DNA of 64,000 nucleotides from Barthelona sp. PCE (lineage: Eukaryota): NCBI GenBank assembly GCA_040285745.1, contig JAUFOR010000008.1:992001-1056000 (forward strand), written 5' to 3'. The stretch's first letter is position 1, and every line of letters begins with the position of its first letter. The notes under the pieces are model-generated. The model did no database searches. It had not been told where the DNA came from and saw only the letters and a program-made list of their open reading frames with translations. Made by a program: the position numbers and the translations under genes. Below, in pieces: positions 31,192 through 42,088 of the stretch.

Positions 31192-33564
31192 ATGCTGCTT
31201 ACTATTGGAGACATCACGGTGTTATTTCCGTACGAGTATGTGTATCCAGAGCAGCTTGCATACATTAGGGATCTTGTTTTGCAATTGAACAACACGGGTG
31301 TTTTTGTTTTGGAGATGCCATGTGGCACAGGGAAGACGGTTGCGCTACTGAGTGCGCTTCTGTCATTTAAAATGCAGAAACCAACAGTATTGTCGACTAT
31401 TATTTATTGTACACGTACAATTGCCGAAATGGAACAGGTTGCTACTGAAATCGAGACGTGGGTTGAGGCAGCCTTACAGATCGACCAGTTTAGGGATTTT
31501 GCTGTCAACCTCCTTGCCACATCACTCAGCAGTCGTCGTACGTTATGTTGTCATGATGATATCAGTATTGAGAGCTACGAGAACTACCTGAAGATGAACG
31601 AAATTGAGTCATCCCGTCTTAGTATGCTGGACTATTACAATGCTGAGTGCCGTCGTCTTACAAGGCCCTTCTTCGGTGAAGCTATCGATATCGAAGACCT
31701 CGCTGACATCCCACATTGCCCCCACTACGACCCTGAGCAGACGTCTGAAACAGTGCCGCATAACGGTGTGTGGTCTCTCAAGAGGCTGTTTAAGAGCGGT
31801 ACTTGCCCATACTGGATGACACGTCATATGCTGCCGGAGGCTGATATCATCGTGCTGAGCTACCTTTACATGCTGGATCCGATGATTTACAGAAGCGTTA
31901 TGGGTTTCCTGCAGAGAGACAGTATATTAGTTTTTGATGAATGTCATAATCTTCCAGAGATGTGCACACAGAGTTATTCGTCGACTGTCACCAAAGAAGA
32001 CATCAATCAGGCGAAGAAGTGCATCGAAAATCTACAAGTGAGTGTTTTCCGTAATCAAGTTGGTTTACAACGGCAGAAGTTCGAGAAAGAGTACAAGAGA
32101 GTACTAGAGGTGGAGGCAATCAAGCTGTGTCTTCCGGATGAAGTCATTCAGGATATTTTGCAGAACGCCTACCTCCCTGAACAGGCAATGACGAAGCTTG
32201 TGCCAGGCTCGATGCGCCGTACGAGCCATTTCCTCAGATTACTGTTCCGTGCCAGCGCAGCTCTGCAGCAGGAGATCGACAGGCAAGACGAGCGCGTGAT
32301 GGACCTTGAAAGTCTCACTGTTTTTCTCGAGCGTTGCCGAAGAAGCATGAACGTGCAGTCGATCGATGATCTATTGTACATATCCATGCGCCTTAACCTC
32401 TTGTTTGAGAGCCTTGGTGTTACAGATATGCGCATGTACTTCCCACTAATCAAGCTAGCGCATTTCTTCACAATCCTCATTACCCTCGCACAGGGAACAT
32501 CCGGTAATGCCCGCCTCGCCCACCAGAAGGACCGCAACACCCCACACATCATATCTTCCATAAGAATTGAGTGCTTCGATGCCTCTATTGTCTTCTCATC
32601 TTTGAGGGAAAGTTTTGACCGCTTGGTTTTAACAAGTGCAACCCTCTCCCCGCCGTCTTACTTCTGCGGACTGCTGGGTATGACACCGGAGAGCGCCTTT
32701 GTGAAGAGTTACCCCCTCCTATCAAACGCTAAAAATTTCAGGGTTGTGAACGTGAGCGCCGTCAATGATCTTGGATTAACCACTGCGTTTAAGCACCAGG
32801 ACGATGAGAATCTGCCCTATCGTTACTATTCGCTGCTTTTCGACATATGCTCCGTTGTACCAGATGGTGCCATCTGCTTCTTCCCCAGTTACCGGTACAT
32901 GTTTAACTGCTTCAATATCTGGTCTATTGGTTATGAGAAGGAGGTCATGCAGCTCAATAGTTTGAGCACAAAGTTACTTTTCTTTGAGCCAAAGTCTCCC
33001 TCAGAATGTGATCAAACTGTCACAGCATACAAAACCGCGTGCGACTCCGGCCGAGGTGGTCTTCTTTGTTGCATTGCTCGTGGCAAAGTTTCTGAAGGTG
33101 TTGATTTTGAGAACCATTACGGGCGTATATCATACATGCTCGGTGTTCCATACAAAAATGTGGACGATCCACTTGTTGTGGCTAAGTTTGAGTATCAAGC
33201 CAACAAAATATCGCGCTTATTGAGTACAATGGGAACAGAGGTCAGCTTACAATGGACTGATCTGCTCAACTATGATGCGATGGCATGCGTTGCGCAATGT
33301 ATGGGTCGTATCATCAGAAGTCGTAAGGATTACGGTATGATGGTTTTGGCCGATCGTAGATTCATTAGACTACGTAAATTACTTCCTGAATGGGTTTTAC
33401 AGCGCTTCCCAGCTGACCATTGCTCGTTGATGACGTCAAATGTTATGTCAGTTGCAAGACAGTTTTTCAGAGCAAACTCACAAGCTCTATCACAAGAAGA
33501 ACTTAATAAGACGCAACTAAACGAGGAGGCTGCACAACATGCAGTTAACACAATGAAAGATTAA
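31192..33564 (+). CDS. ERCC2: TFIIH Fe-S DNA helicase XPD/Rad3
   Basis: FPYEYVYPEQ, LEMPCGTGKT, Fe-S cysteines (LCCH, ECRR, HCPHY, TCPYW), FDECHN, TSATLSP, RGKVSEGVDF and QCMGRIIRSRKDYG. Confidence 0.92.
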   Translation: MLLTIGDITVLFPYEYVYPEQLAYIRDLVLQLNNTGVFVLEMPCGTGKTVALLSALLSFKMQKPTVLSTIIYCTRTIAEMEQVATEIETWVEAALQIDQFRDFAVNLLATSLSSRRTLCCHDDISIESYENYLKMNEIESSRLSMLDYYNAECRRLTRPFFGEAIDIEDLADIPHCPHYDPEQTSETVPHNGVWSLKRLFKSGTCPYWMTRHMLPEADIIVLSYLYMLDPMIYRSVMGFLQRDSILVFDECHNLPEMCTQSYSSTVTKEDINQAKKCIENLQVSVFRNQVGLQRQKFEKEYKRVLEVEAIKLCLPDEVIQDILQNAYLPEQAMTKLVPGSMRRTSHFLRLLFRASAALQQEIDRQDERVMDLESLTVFLERCRRSMNVQSIDDLLYISMRLNLLFESLGVTDMRMYFPLIKLAHFFTILITLAQGTSGNARLAHQKDRNTPHIISSIRIECFDASIVFSSLRESFDRLVLTSATLSPPSYFCGLLGMTPESAFVKSYPLLSNAKNFRVVNVSAVNDLGLTTAFKHQDDENLPYRYYSLLFDICSVVPDGAICFFPSYRYMFNCFNIWSIGYEKEVMQLNSLSTKLLFFEPKSPSECDQTVTAYKTACDSGRGGLLCCIARGKVSEGVDFENHYGRISYMLGVPYKNVDDPLVVAKFEYQANKISRLLSTMGTEVSLQWTDLLNYDAMACVAQCMGRIIRSRKDYGMMVLADRRFIRLRKLLPEWVLQRFPADHCSLMTSNVMSVARQFFRANSQALSQEELNKTQLNEEAAQHAVNTMKD

Positions 33565-33587
33565 TACAATAAAGAATGCAATCCTTT

Positions 33588-34204
<617 letters not shown>

Positions 34205-34394
34205 CTTCTAGAATATCGTGTGAAAAGGGGTTGAAAAAGACTAGCAACTGGTCCAAACATTTCTGTGGTAATCTGCATATCGCAGTGGATATTTCCATGG
34301 GTATAAAGCTCAGATGTATCCTTTAAATTACTAAAAAGTTGTTATACTAATCCTACCCATTTTCACATCATTGAACCAGTGGTTCAAGCTTTAA

Positions 34395-35861
34395 ATGAGT
34401 TCTGTCTTTCAGACCTCAGGGGCTACCAAGAAGAAAAAGGCAGAGATTTGCACTGCTTGTGGCGATAGTCGATGGAGGTATGCTAATTCCTACCGTGTTT
34501 GTCTTAACTGTGATAACCAGGTTGCAGATGAGCTTGAAAACGCTCTAACATACGATTCCAATCGTTCAAGAGTGGGTAAATATCATAACAAAAGTCGTGA
34601 ACGTGTGAAAAGTGGTCATAGACCTAATATCAACGTACACAACACAGAGGCGTTCAATAGGGGTGACAACCACATCGTCACATTAACTAATTGTTTTGAG
34701 CTTGATGATAGTACCAAAGTTGGTATTAAACGAAAAGCCCAACAGTATTTAGAGATTGTTATTCGTGAGAAATTCGCACGAGGCCGTGACATCACCCACA
34801 TCGCCGCAGTATGTGTCTACCAAGCATGTCTTGACTACAAAAAACCATATCTTTTATTGGATTTTGCACAGTTTGAAAAATGTAACGTTTTTGCATTAGG
34901 AAACCTGTATATTAAACTGGCACGCATGTTCACAGAGTGCCCAATTCTGCTGGATCCATCCTTGTATGTGTTACGTTTTACGAGACAGATGTTCGAAGAT
35001 ATTGAAACGGTGGTCAAGGTTGGTATCACTGCATTACGTATAATAAGTGAGATGAAGCGAAACTGGATCGAGGTCGGACGTAGACCAACGGGTTTGTGCG
35101 GTGCTGCTTTGTTTTTAGCAAGTAGAATTCACGGTTTTAATTTTTCTCATGATGATATAGCAAAGATGGTTCGTGTTTGCAATGGAACATTGAACAAGCG
35201 TATCATGGAGACTGCCAACACCCCTGCAGCGAAGTACTCGTACGCGGAATTGGTAGAGCAAACGGCGGAGATTGGTGGAATAGAAATCTTCCACGATTCA
35301 GACCGTATGTTGTCAATAGGGTTTGACAAGGATACAGAAACAACACATGCACCACAGAGTTTCTTGAAACACATCCAAGGTATGAGTAATTTAAAGAGTT
35401 TTCAAGATGTGCTAGCTCAAACACAAGAGGCAATACAATTAGATGAAGAATTAACAGCAGAGCATGCGAATGATCCATATTCACGACCCATAGAAGCATA
35501 TCAAAACGAACACTTGCAAGAATTAGATGGAGAGATTGATCATTATTTTTGTAATGATTCAGAACGATTTTTACGTTATATATTATTTAATAATTATTTC
35601 TCAAACCATATTAAACAGAAAATCAAAAAAAAAATACTTCGTTTAGTACGTCCAAAAGTCAAAAGAGTGCGAAAGAAGAAGCAAACTGGTCGTGAGACTA
35701 GAATCGGTCAAACATCAAGAATTAATATGAAAAAGGTAAGTCAAGCTCCTAGCACTAATATTAATGAGTTGGCTTCAATAACAGATGAACGTCCTGAGCT
35801 CATTGAGCAGGAGATAGAGTTTGAAGGTGGTAATGATAGGATGCTAGAAGAGAATTATTAG
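34395..35861 (+). CDS. BRF1: Transcription factor IIIB subunit Brf1
   Basis: Zn ribbon CTACG...CLNC; cyclin repeats with FARGR, PYLLLDF, DPSLYVLRF and MKRNWIEVGRRPTGLCGAAL. Confidence 0.92.
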   Translation: MSSVFQTSGATKKKKAEICTACGDSRWRYANSYRVCLNCDNQVADELENALTYDSNRSRVGKYHNKSRERVKSGHRPNINVHNTEAFNRGDNHIVTLTNCFELDDSTKVGIKRKAQQYLEIVIREKFARGRDITHIAAVCVYQACLDYKKPYLLLDFAQFEKCNVFALGNLYIKLARMFTECPILLDPSLYVLRFTRQMFEDIETVVKVGITALRIISEMKRNWIEVGRRPTGLCGAALFLASRIHGFNFSHDDIAKMVRVCNGTLNKRIMETANTPAAKYSYAELVEQTAEIGGIEIFHDSDRMLSIGFDKDTETTHAPQSFLKHIQGMSNLKSFQDVLAQTQEAIQLDEELTAEHANDPYSRPIEAYQNEHLQELDGEIDHYFCNDSERFLRYILFNNYFSNHIKQKIKKKILRLVRPKVKRVRKKKQTGRETRIGQTSRINMKKVSQAPSTNINELASITDERPELIEQEIEFEGGNDRMLEENY

Positions 35862-36393
35862 TATCCAGTATTTAACAATCTTTAAGAGATAAGTTAATGT
35901 TAAATAAAATAACCTTATTCTTTATGCGTATTACAATGAAATGATGATGTTGACATGAGTGATAAAGAGTAAAAAACTAGAATTTCACATTTGCTTCCGA
36001 TTGAATACTTCAGCAAAATTCCAAGCTTTTCTCTTCTTTCTCTTCAGTTTCATTATCATAGATGCAGTTAATTTTGCTTAATGTGCCTTTAAATCAACTT
36101 CAAAAGGGCATATTGAAAAAAACTATTCAATAAAAAATGACTTAGACTTTGTTTCTTGTATTTACACGTTTACTATCTGTAGAATGATCTAAATATCACA
36201 TAAGTTGTTTGTATTTCCATAAGTATAAGTGAAATTTCAAGGTCATAGGTGGATTTTTTATATTGCAAATTGTTTGAATATGGAATACTCAATTGGATAA
36301 ATGTGTCATTTACTCGAGTATCTGCCGAAAACCAATAGCAAATAGTCTATTTCTCTTATAAAAGCATATTTCCTTTTTTTTACTTCTTTCAAA

Positions 36394-39300
36394 ATGTCTT
36401 TAAGTCTTTCCATGGAAAAATTTGAATTTGACACGTCCAAAAACTGCGTGTCAACCGTTGAGAAACGTGAAAGGGATCCAAAAGTTAACATTTCCTTGAA
36501 AACCGTCAGTGGTTCCTCGGTCTGTGCAACTGCCTCTGCTGCACTTGCTGACACGAGTGGTATCTTCCCTATTACCCCATCTACGCCTATTGCCCAGGAG
36601 GTTGACGAACTTGCAGCTACAGGCTACAAAAACTATGCCAACCAAAGCATCAAGGTTGTCACCCTTGAAAGTGAAGCTGGAGCTGCAGGTACTATCGAAG
36701 GTTTAGCCTCAACAGGTACAATCGCAACCACTTTTACCGCATCACAGGGTCTCTTCTTGATGATCCCCGTTCTGTACAAGCTCAGTGGTAACCTTTTACC
36801 CGCTGTTATTAATGTTGCTAACAGAACGATTGCCACAAACAGTCTTTCAATTTTCGGTGATCTTTCCGATATCACCGCTTGTCTGCACAGTGGTGTCTCC
36901 ATCCTTGTCGCTGATTCGGTTCAGGCCACCCACCACAACACTTTGATCGCCTTCATGTCATCACTTGTTGCTCGCCTTCCTTTCATCAACACCTTCGATG
37001 GTTTCCGTATCTCTCACGCCAACACGACCATTGAGATGCTGTCTCGTGAGGATATGATCTCTCTCTATGATGACGAGATCATGCCTTTCATCGACGCCCA
37101 CCGTATGCGTGGTCTTGACCCCAGCAAGCCCGTCATGCAGGGTACTGCCATGACTGGTGATACTTTCTTCCAAGTCACCGAAGCCGCCAACAAGTTCCAC
37201 GCTGCTGTCCCCGGTATCGTTGAGTACATGTATGAGAAGCTCGCCACAAAGACTGGTATCCGCTACCACATTTTTGATTACTTGGGTCACCCCGCCGCCA
37301 CCGACGTCATGATCATCATGGGCTCCGGTGCCAAGGTTGCTGAGGAGGCCGCCGCCTGGCTCATTGAGAACGAAGACCGCAAGGTTGGTGTTGTCAACGT
37401 TCGTCTCTGGCGCCCATTCTCCGTCTCTCACTTCCTCAACGCCCTCCCCGAGTCCGTTGAGCGCATCGTCGTCATGGATCGTGTCCGCGACGCCAACGGT
37501 GTCGGTGAGCCCCTCTTCGTCGACGTTGCCACTGCCCTCAAGATGGGCAACCGCAACAACATCAAGGTCGTCGGCGGTCGTTTCGGTCTTTCCTCGGCCG
37601 ACTTCACCCCTATGCACGTCCGCTCCGCCTTCGACAACCTCGCAGCCGAGACCCCCATCCACAGTTTCACAGTTGGTATCATCGACGATGTCACCCACCT
37701 CTCTTTGCCCAAGTGCCCCATCACTTTCGATACTCTCCCCAAGGATTGCATCCAGGCCGTTTTCTACGGTCTCGGTGGTGATGGTACCGTTGGTGCCAAC
37801 AAGCAGGCCGTCAAGATCGCTGCCCAGTACGGTGGTTTCTACTCACAGGGTTACTACCAGTATGATTCCATCAAGGCCGGTTCATTTACTTGTTCACACG
37901 TCCGTTTGTCCAAGCAGCAAATTTTCTCCCCTTACTACGTCAGTCTTGCTAACTACGTCGCTTGTCATCAGCCTTCTTACGTTAACCGTTTCGCTCTTCT
38001 GCGTAACGCTCGCCAGAACGCCGACTTCGTCCTTAACTGTTCATGGACCACTCTTGACGAGTTCAACCTCCACGTCCCCGCCGCTATCCGTCACGCCATC
38101 GCTGAGAAGAACGTTAACCTATACGTCATCGACGCCACCAAGATTGCTGATGAGGCTGGCATGCCTGGTCGTATCAACATGGCCATGCAGACCGTCTTCT
38201 TCAAGATTGCCGCCATTTTCCCCGATATGAATGAGGCTATCTCTCACCTGAAGGAGTTCATTAACAAGACCTATGGTAAGAAGGGCCGCGAGATTGTTGA
38301 GAAGAACTTCGCCATGGTCGACATGACCAATGAAGAAGGTCGTATCATCAAGCTCGACTATCCCCGTGATGAGTGGCTCAGCCTTTCTGGCAGCCAGCTC
38401 ACCAACAAGCACGTTGTCATGGAGAAGACCGAGTTCATCGAGGATATCTTTGATCCCTTCTTCCGTAACGAAGGTACTGATATCCCTGTTTCCAAGTTCA
38501 CACCTGGAGGTCTCCTCGAGATGAACACCACTGCATATTCCAAGCGTGGTATTGCCATTCGCGTTCCCCAGTGGGATGCTGAGAAGTGTGTCCAGTGTAA
38601 CTCTTGTGCTTTCGTCTGCCCTCACTCTGTTATCCGTCCCTTCTACCTCAACGAAGAGCAGGAGCAGAACAAGCCCAGCAGTATGAACACCCTTGATGCC
38701 AAGGGTAAGGGTATGGACAACCTCAAGTTCAGAATCCAAATCTCTCCTCTCGATTGTACCGGTTGCGGTTCTTGTGCTGAGGTGTGTAAGAAGGTCGTCA
38801 AGGCCGACGCACTTTCTATGGAGCCCTTCGAGGAGGAGGTTGAACAGGAGAGCGATCACTGGCGTTATGTTAAGTCTTCCGTTCCTCCCAAGCCCGAGCT
38901 CATGCTCCCCAAGAGCCCTAAGGGTGTCACTCTCCAAGAGTACGCTTACCAATTCTCTGGCGCTTGCGCTGGCTGTGGTGAGGCTCCTTACTGGAAGCTT
39001 ATGCTTCAAATGGCCCCCTATTCCATTGTTGCCCAGGCTACTGGTTGTGGTACCATTATCTCTTCATCATATCCTCTCAATGCTCACTGTTGCAACGAGA
39101 AGGGCGAGGGTCCTGCCTGGGCCAACTCTCTCTTCGAGAACAACGCAGAGTTCGGTTATGGTATGATAATCGCCACCAAGCACCGTCGTGAAGGTCTTAT
39201 GATGAGGGTCCAGGAGGCTGTCCTGAACATCTCCATGCCCGACGCCATGCTTGAGGCATTCAACGAGTGGCTTTCCATCTGGAACAACCGTAAGGCTACT

Positions 39301-41916
39301 GAAAAGATGTATGAGAAGGTTCTTTACGCACTCGATCACTACCGTGATGTCGTCAACGCCAACCCCGCTCTTAAATCTATTGATATTGATCGTGGCCTCT
39401 TCCGCAAGCCCGTTCATCTCATCATGGGTGGTGATGGTTGGGCCTACGATATTGGTTACGGTGGCCTTGACCAAGTTCTCGCTTCAGGTGAGGACTTTGT
39501 TGTTCTGGTTGCTGATACCGAGGTTTACTCAAACACTGGTGGCCAAATGTCCAAGGCTTCACATCTTTCTGCTCAGCACAAGTTCTCTTATGGTGGTAAG
39601 CCCACCTTCAAGAAGGAACTCGGCCTCATGGCTATGCAGTACGGTAACGTTTATGTTGCTTACTGTGCTATGGGTGCTTCTCCCGCTCAGTTCGTCCGCC
39701 GTGCTCAGGAGGCCCTCGATTTCGAAGGTCCTTCTCTCCTTGTCTGCTCATCTCCTTGTATTGAGTGGAACATCAAGGGCGGTATGACACAATCACAGCT
39801 CATTCAGAAGCTTGCCGTCGATACTGGTTTCTGGATTAACTGGTGCTATAACCCAACCCTTGAGGACAAGAACAAGAACCCCTTCAAGATTGATTCCAAG
39901 GCTCCTTCCAAGGACCCTGAACTCTTCCTTCAAGCTAACGGCCGTTTCCGTAACCTCGCACTCAAATTCCCTGAACAAGCTGCTGAATTGCAAGGTCAGC
40001 TTAAGACTTACCTCAAGAAGCGTTACAAGCGCTACACCAAGCTTATCAAGGCTTATGAGCCTGATGAGGAAGAGGTTGAGGTCGCCGCTCCCAAGGTAAC
40101 CATTGCCTACGCTTCTGCCACTGGTACTACCGAAGGTTATGCCCGTACTCTTGCTGAAGAGCTCAAGGCTGATATTGTCGAGTACAGCGCTCTCAACATT
40201 GCTAAGCTTAAGGCTATCAAGCACCCTGTTATTTTCCTGAACTCATCATACACTGTCCGTACTCCTGGAGATATTCCTGAGAACGGCGCTGCTCTCTTTG
40301 ACGAGCTCCAAGCTTGTGAGACCGAGGGTGCTCTCAGCGGACTCAAGTTCGCCCTGTACGGTTTCGGCGACGAGGCTTATGAGACTTTCCAACGCGCTCC
40401 TGGAATCATGTGGGATCGCCTCACTGCTCTTGGTGCTACTAACATCATGCCCCGTGGTATCGGCAACGAGACCGACGGCTACGATGAGACATTCAACGCT
40501 TTCAAGACTTCCCTCATGGCTGCTCTTGGTAGTGCTCCTGCCCCTGTTGCTAAACCCGTCAAGAAGGCTCCTGTTAAAAAGGCCCCCGTTAAGAAGGTCG
40601 CTGTCCAGAAGCCTGTCGTCACTGCTGCACCCAAGGCTGAAATCGCCGTCAACGATGCACCTGTTGCTGAGATTGAAGGCATCGAAGAGTGGGTCGCCAA
40701 GGGCGTTCCCCGCAACGAGGTCTTCGACACTGATGTCGTCTGGACCGGTGTCGTCGACTGGAATGTTCGTTCTTTCCACGGTTACGAGGCACGCAACGGT
40801 TCTGCATACAACGCTTTCCTTGTTCGTGATGAGCAGTCCTTCCTGGTTGATGCCGTAAAGGCTTCATTTGCTGATGAATTCATCAAGCGCATTGAAACCG
40901 CCATGCCACTTGAGGAGATCAAGTACATCATCATGAACCACGCTGAGCCCGATCACACATCTGCTCTTCCTGAACTCATGAAGAAGGCTCCTCACCTCAA
41001 GATCATTACCAACAGACCTTGCAAGATGGCTTTGAAGAGACTATTTGCTCATCACGGTTCAAATGATTGGGAGTACGAGCTTGTTAAGGATGGTGAGACC
41101 CGTACCTTCGGTCGTCACACCGTCAAGTTCATTACAACTCCTCTTCTTCACTGGCCTGATAGCATGATGACCTTTATGGAGACCACCGGTATCCTCTTCT
41201 CTATGGATGCCTTTGGCCAACACAGAGCTTGTTCTGCTCGTATTGATGACCAATTGGGTGCTCCTTCTATGGATGAGCACATTATGGATCAGAAGCTCTA
41301 CTGGGCCAACATTCTCATGTGCTTCGAGGCCCAGGCCCGTTCCGCAATGAAGAAGATTGCTCCCATCATGTCTGATGTCAAGATCATTGCTACAGCACAT
41401 GGTGTTGCAGTTCGTAAGTACATTCCCATTGTCATGGATCTCTACGACAAGTGGATCAACCACGGAACCGATAAGAAGGTTCTCATTGTCTACGATACCA
41501 TGTGGCAGGGTGCCCGTAGAATGGCAGAGGCCATTGCTAAGGGTGTCAATGAGTCTGGTTGCTACGCTGTTCTTATGAACGCTGCCTCCAGCCACTACAC
41601 CTACATTGCCACTGAGGCACTTGAGGCCGGAGCCATTGCACTTGGCACATCTCGCCTTAACGGTGGTATTATGCCCACAATGGCTGCTGCTTCCGAGTAT
41701 CTTGGCGGTCTTCAGCGCAACTTCAAGCGTAAGGGTATCGCTTTCAGCACTTTCGGATGGCAACCCAAGCCTGACCATCTGGAGCGTATGGCCGAAATGG
41801 CAAAGATCGATCTTGTCGATACGCTAATGGTTCGCCTTCATCCTGATGATTCTAACCTTGAGGCATGCTTCGAGGCCGGTGTCAAGCTTGCCCAGATCGC
41901 CCTTGAGCAGCAGTAA
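36394..41916 (+). CDS. Fusion protein: pyruvate:ferredoxin oxidoreductase + CPR-type flavodoxin + flavodiiron protein
   Basis: PFO aa 1-~1225 (FPITPST, ESEAGAAG, GLGGDGTVGANK, CVQCNSCAFVCP, CTGCGSCAEVC, GACAGCGE, GGDGWAYDIG, EVYSNTGGQ). Flavodoxin aa ~1234-1379 (YASATGTTEGYA, FALYGFGDEAY). A/P/K linker. FDP aa ~1440-1840 (NHAEPDH, LHWPD, SMDAFG, TAHG, YDTMWQG). One uninterrupted ORF with ribosomal-protein-like codon bias. Confidence 0.93.
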   Translation: MSLSLSMEKFEFDTSKNCVSTVEKRERDPKVNISLKTVSGSSVCATASAALADTSGIFPITPSTPIAQEVDELAATGYKNYANQSIKVVTLESEAGAAGTIEGLASTGTIATTFTASQGLFLMIPVLYKLSGNLLPAVINVANRTIATNSLSIFGDLSDITACLHSGVSILVADSVQATHHNTLIAFMSSLVARLPFINTFDGFRISHANTTIEMLSREDMISLYDDEIMPFIDAHRMRGLDPSKPVMQGTAMTGDTFFQVTEAANKFHAAVPGIVEYMYEKLATKTGIRYHIFDYLGHPAATDVMIIMGSGAKVAEEAAAWLIENEDRKVGVVNVRLWRPFSVSHFLNALPESVERIVVMDRVRDANGVGEPLFVDVATALKMGNRNNIKVVGGRFGLSSADFTPMHVRSAFDNLAAETPIHSFTVGIIDDVTHLSLPKCPITFDTLPKDCIQAVFYGLGGDGTVGANKQAVKIAAQYGGFYSQGYYQYDSIKAGSFTCSHVRLSKQQIFSPYYVSLANYVACHQPSYVNRFALLRNARQNADFVLNCSWTTLDEFNLHVPAAIRHAIAEKNVNLYVIDATKIADEAGMPGRINMAMQTVFFKIAAIFPDMNEAISHLKEFINKTYGKKGREIVEKNFAMVDMTNEEGRIIKLDYPRDEWLSLSGSQLTNKHVVMEKTEFIEDIFDPFFRNEGTDIPVSKFTPGGLLEMNTTAYSKRGIAIRVPQWDAEKCVQCNSCAFVCPHSVIRPFYLNEEQEQNKPSSMNTLDAKGKGMDNLKFRIQISPLDCTGCGSCAEVCKKVVKADALSMEPFEEEVEQESDHWRYVKSSVPPKPELMLPKSPKGVTLQEYAYQFSGACAGCGEAPYWKLMLQMAPYSIVAQATGCGTIISSSYPLNAHCCNEKGEGPAWANSLFENNAEFGYGMIIATKHRREGLMMRVQEAVLNISMPDAMLEAFNEWLSIWNNRKATEKMYEKVLYALDHYRDVVNANPALKSIDIDRGLFRKPVHLIMGGDGWAYDIGYGGLDQVLASGEDFVVLVADTEVYSNTGGQMSKASHLSAQHKFSYGGKPTFKKELGLMAMQYGNVYVAYCAMGASPAQFVRRAQEALDFEGPSLLVCSSPCIEWNIKGGMTQSQLIQKLAVDTGFWINWCYNPTLEDKNKNPFKIDSKAPSKDPELFLQANGRFRNLALKFPEQAAELQGQLKTYLKKRYKRYTKLIKAYEPDEEEVEVAAPKVTIAYASATGTTEGYARTLAEELKADIVEYSALNIAKLKAIKHPVIFLNSSYTVRTPGDIPENGAALFDELQACETEGALSGLKFALYGFGDEAYETFQRAPGIMWDRLTALGATNIMPRGIGNETDGYDETFNAFKTSLMAALGSAPAPVAKPVKKAPVKKAPVKKVAVQKPVVTAAPKAEIAVNDAPVAEIEGIEEWVAKGVPRNEVFDTDVVWTGVVDWNVRSFHGYEARNGSAYNAFLVRDEQSFLVDAVKASFADEFIKRIETAMPLEEIKYIIMNHAEPDHTSALPELMKKAPHLKIITNRPCKMALKRLFAHHGSNDWEYELVKDGETRTFGRHTVKFITTPLLHWPDSMMTFMETTGILFSMDAFGQHRACSARIDDQLGAPSMDEHIMDQKLYWANILMCFEAQARSAMKKIAPIMSDVKIIATAHGVAVRKYIPIVMDLYDKWINHGTDKKVLIVYDTMWQGARRMAEAIAKGVNESGCYAVLMNAASSHYTYIATEALEAGAIALGTSRLNGGIMPTMAAASEYLGGLQRNFKRKGIAFSTFGWQPKPDHLERMAEMAKIDLVDTLMVRLHPDDSNLEACFEAGVKLAQIALEQQ
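40555..40620 (+). repeat. Imperfect 15-nt coding tandem repeat (KKAPV) in the flavodoxin-FDP linker
   Basis: aagaaggctcctgtt aaaaaggcccccgtt aagaaggtcgctgtc cagaagcctgtcgtc, encoding PVKKAPVKKAPVKKVAVQKPVV. Confidence 0.7.
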
Positions 41917-42046
41917 CTGTTTAATAAACGTTTGTATTGTAATTTATTCAATTTTGGAAATTTTGAGCAGTTACCCTTTGAAAAACACAATGCAAAACAT
42001 ACATTCTCACATTCTGTTCAGCTTATCTGCTGGAATCAACTATGTA

Positions 42047-42088
42047 GCTGTCCCCCGGTATCGTTGAGTACATGTACGAGAAGCTCGC
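42047..42088 (+). repeat. 42-bp dispersed copy of PFO coding sequence (matches 37204-37244)
   Basis: gctgtcccccggtatcgttgagtacatgtacgagaagctcgc vs gctgtccccggtatcgttgagtacatgtatgagaagctcgc: one extra C and one C/T mismatch. Confidence 0.9.

Noticed and set aside
36394-36500. N-terminal extension of the PFO fusion as a hydrogenosomal/mitochondrial targeting peptide
   Set aside because: It contains several acidic residues, with no Arg-rich amphipathic stretch or RxF-type cleavage motif; localisation cannot be claimed.
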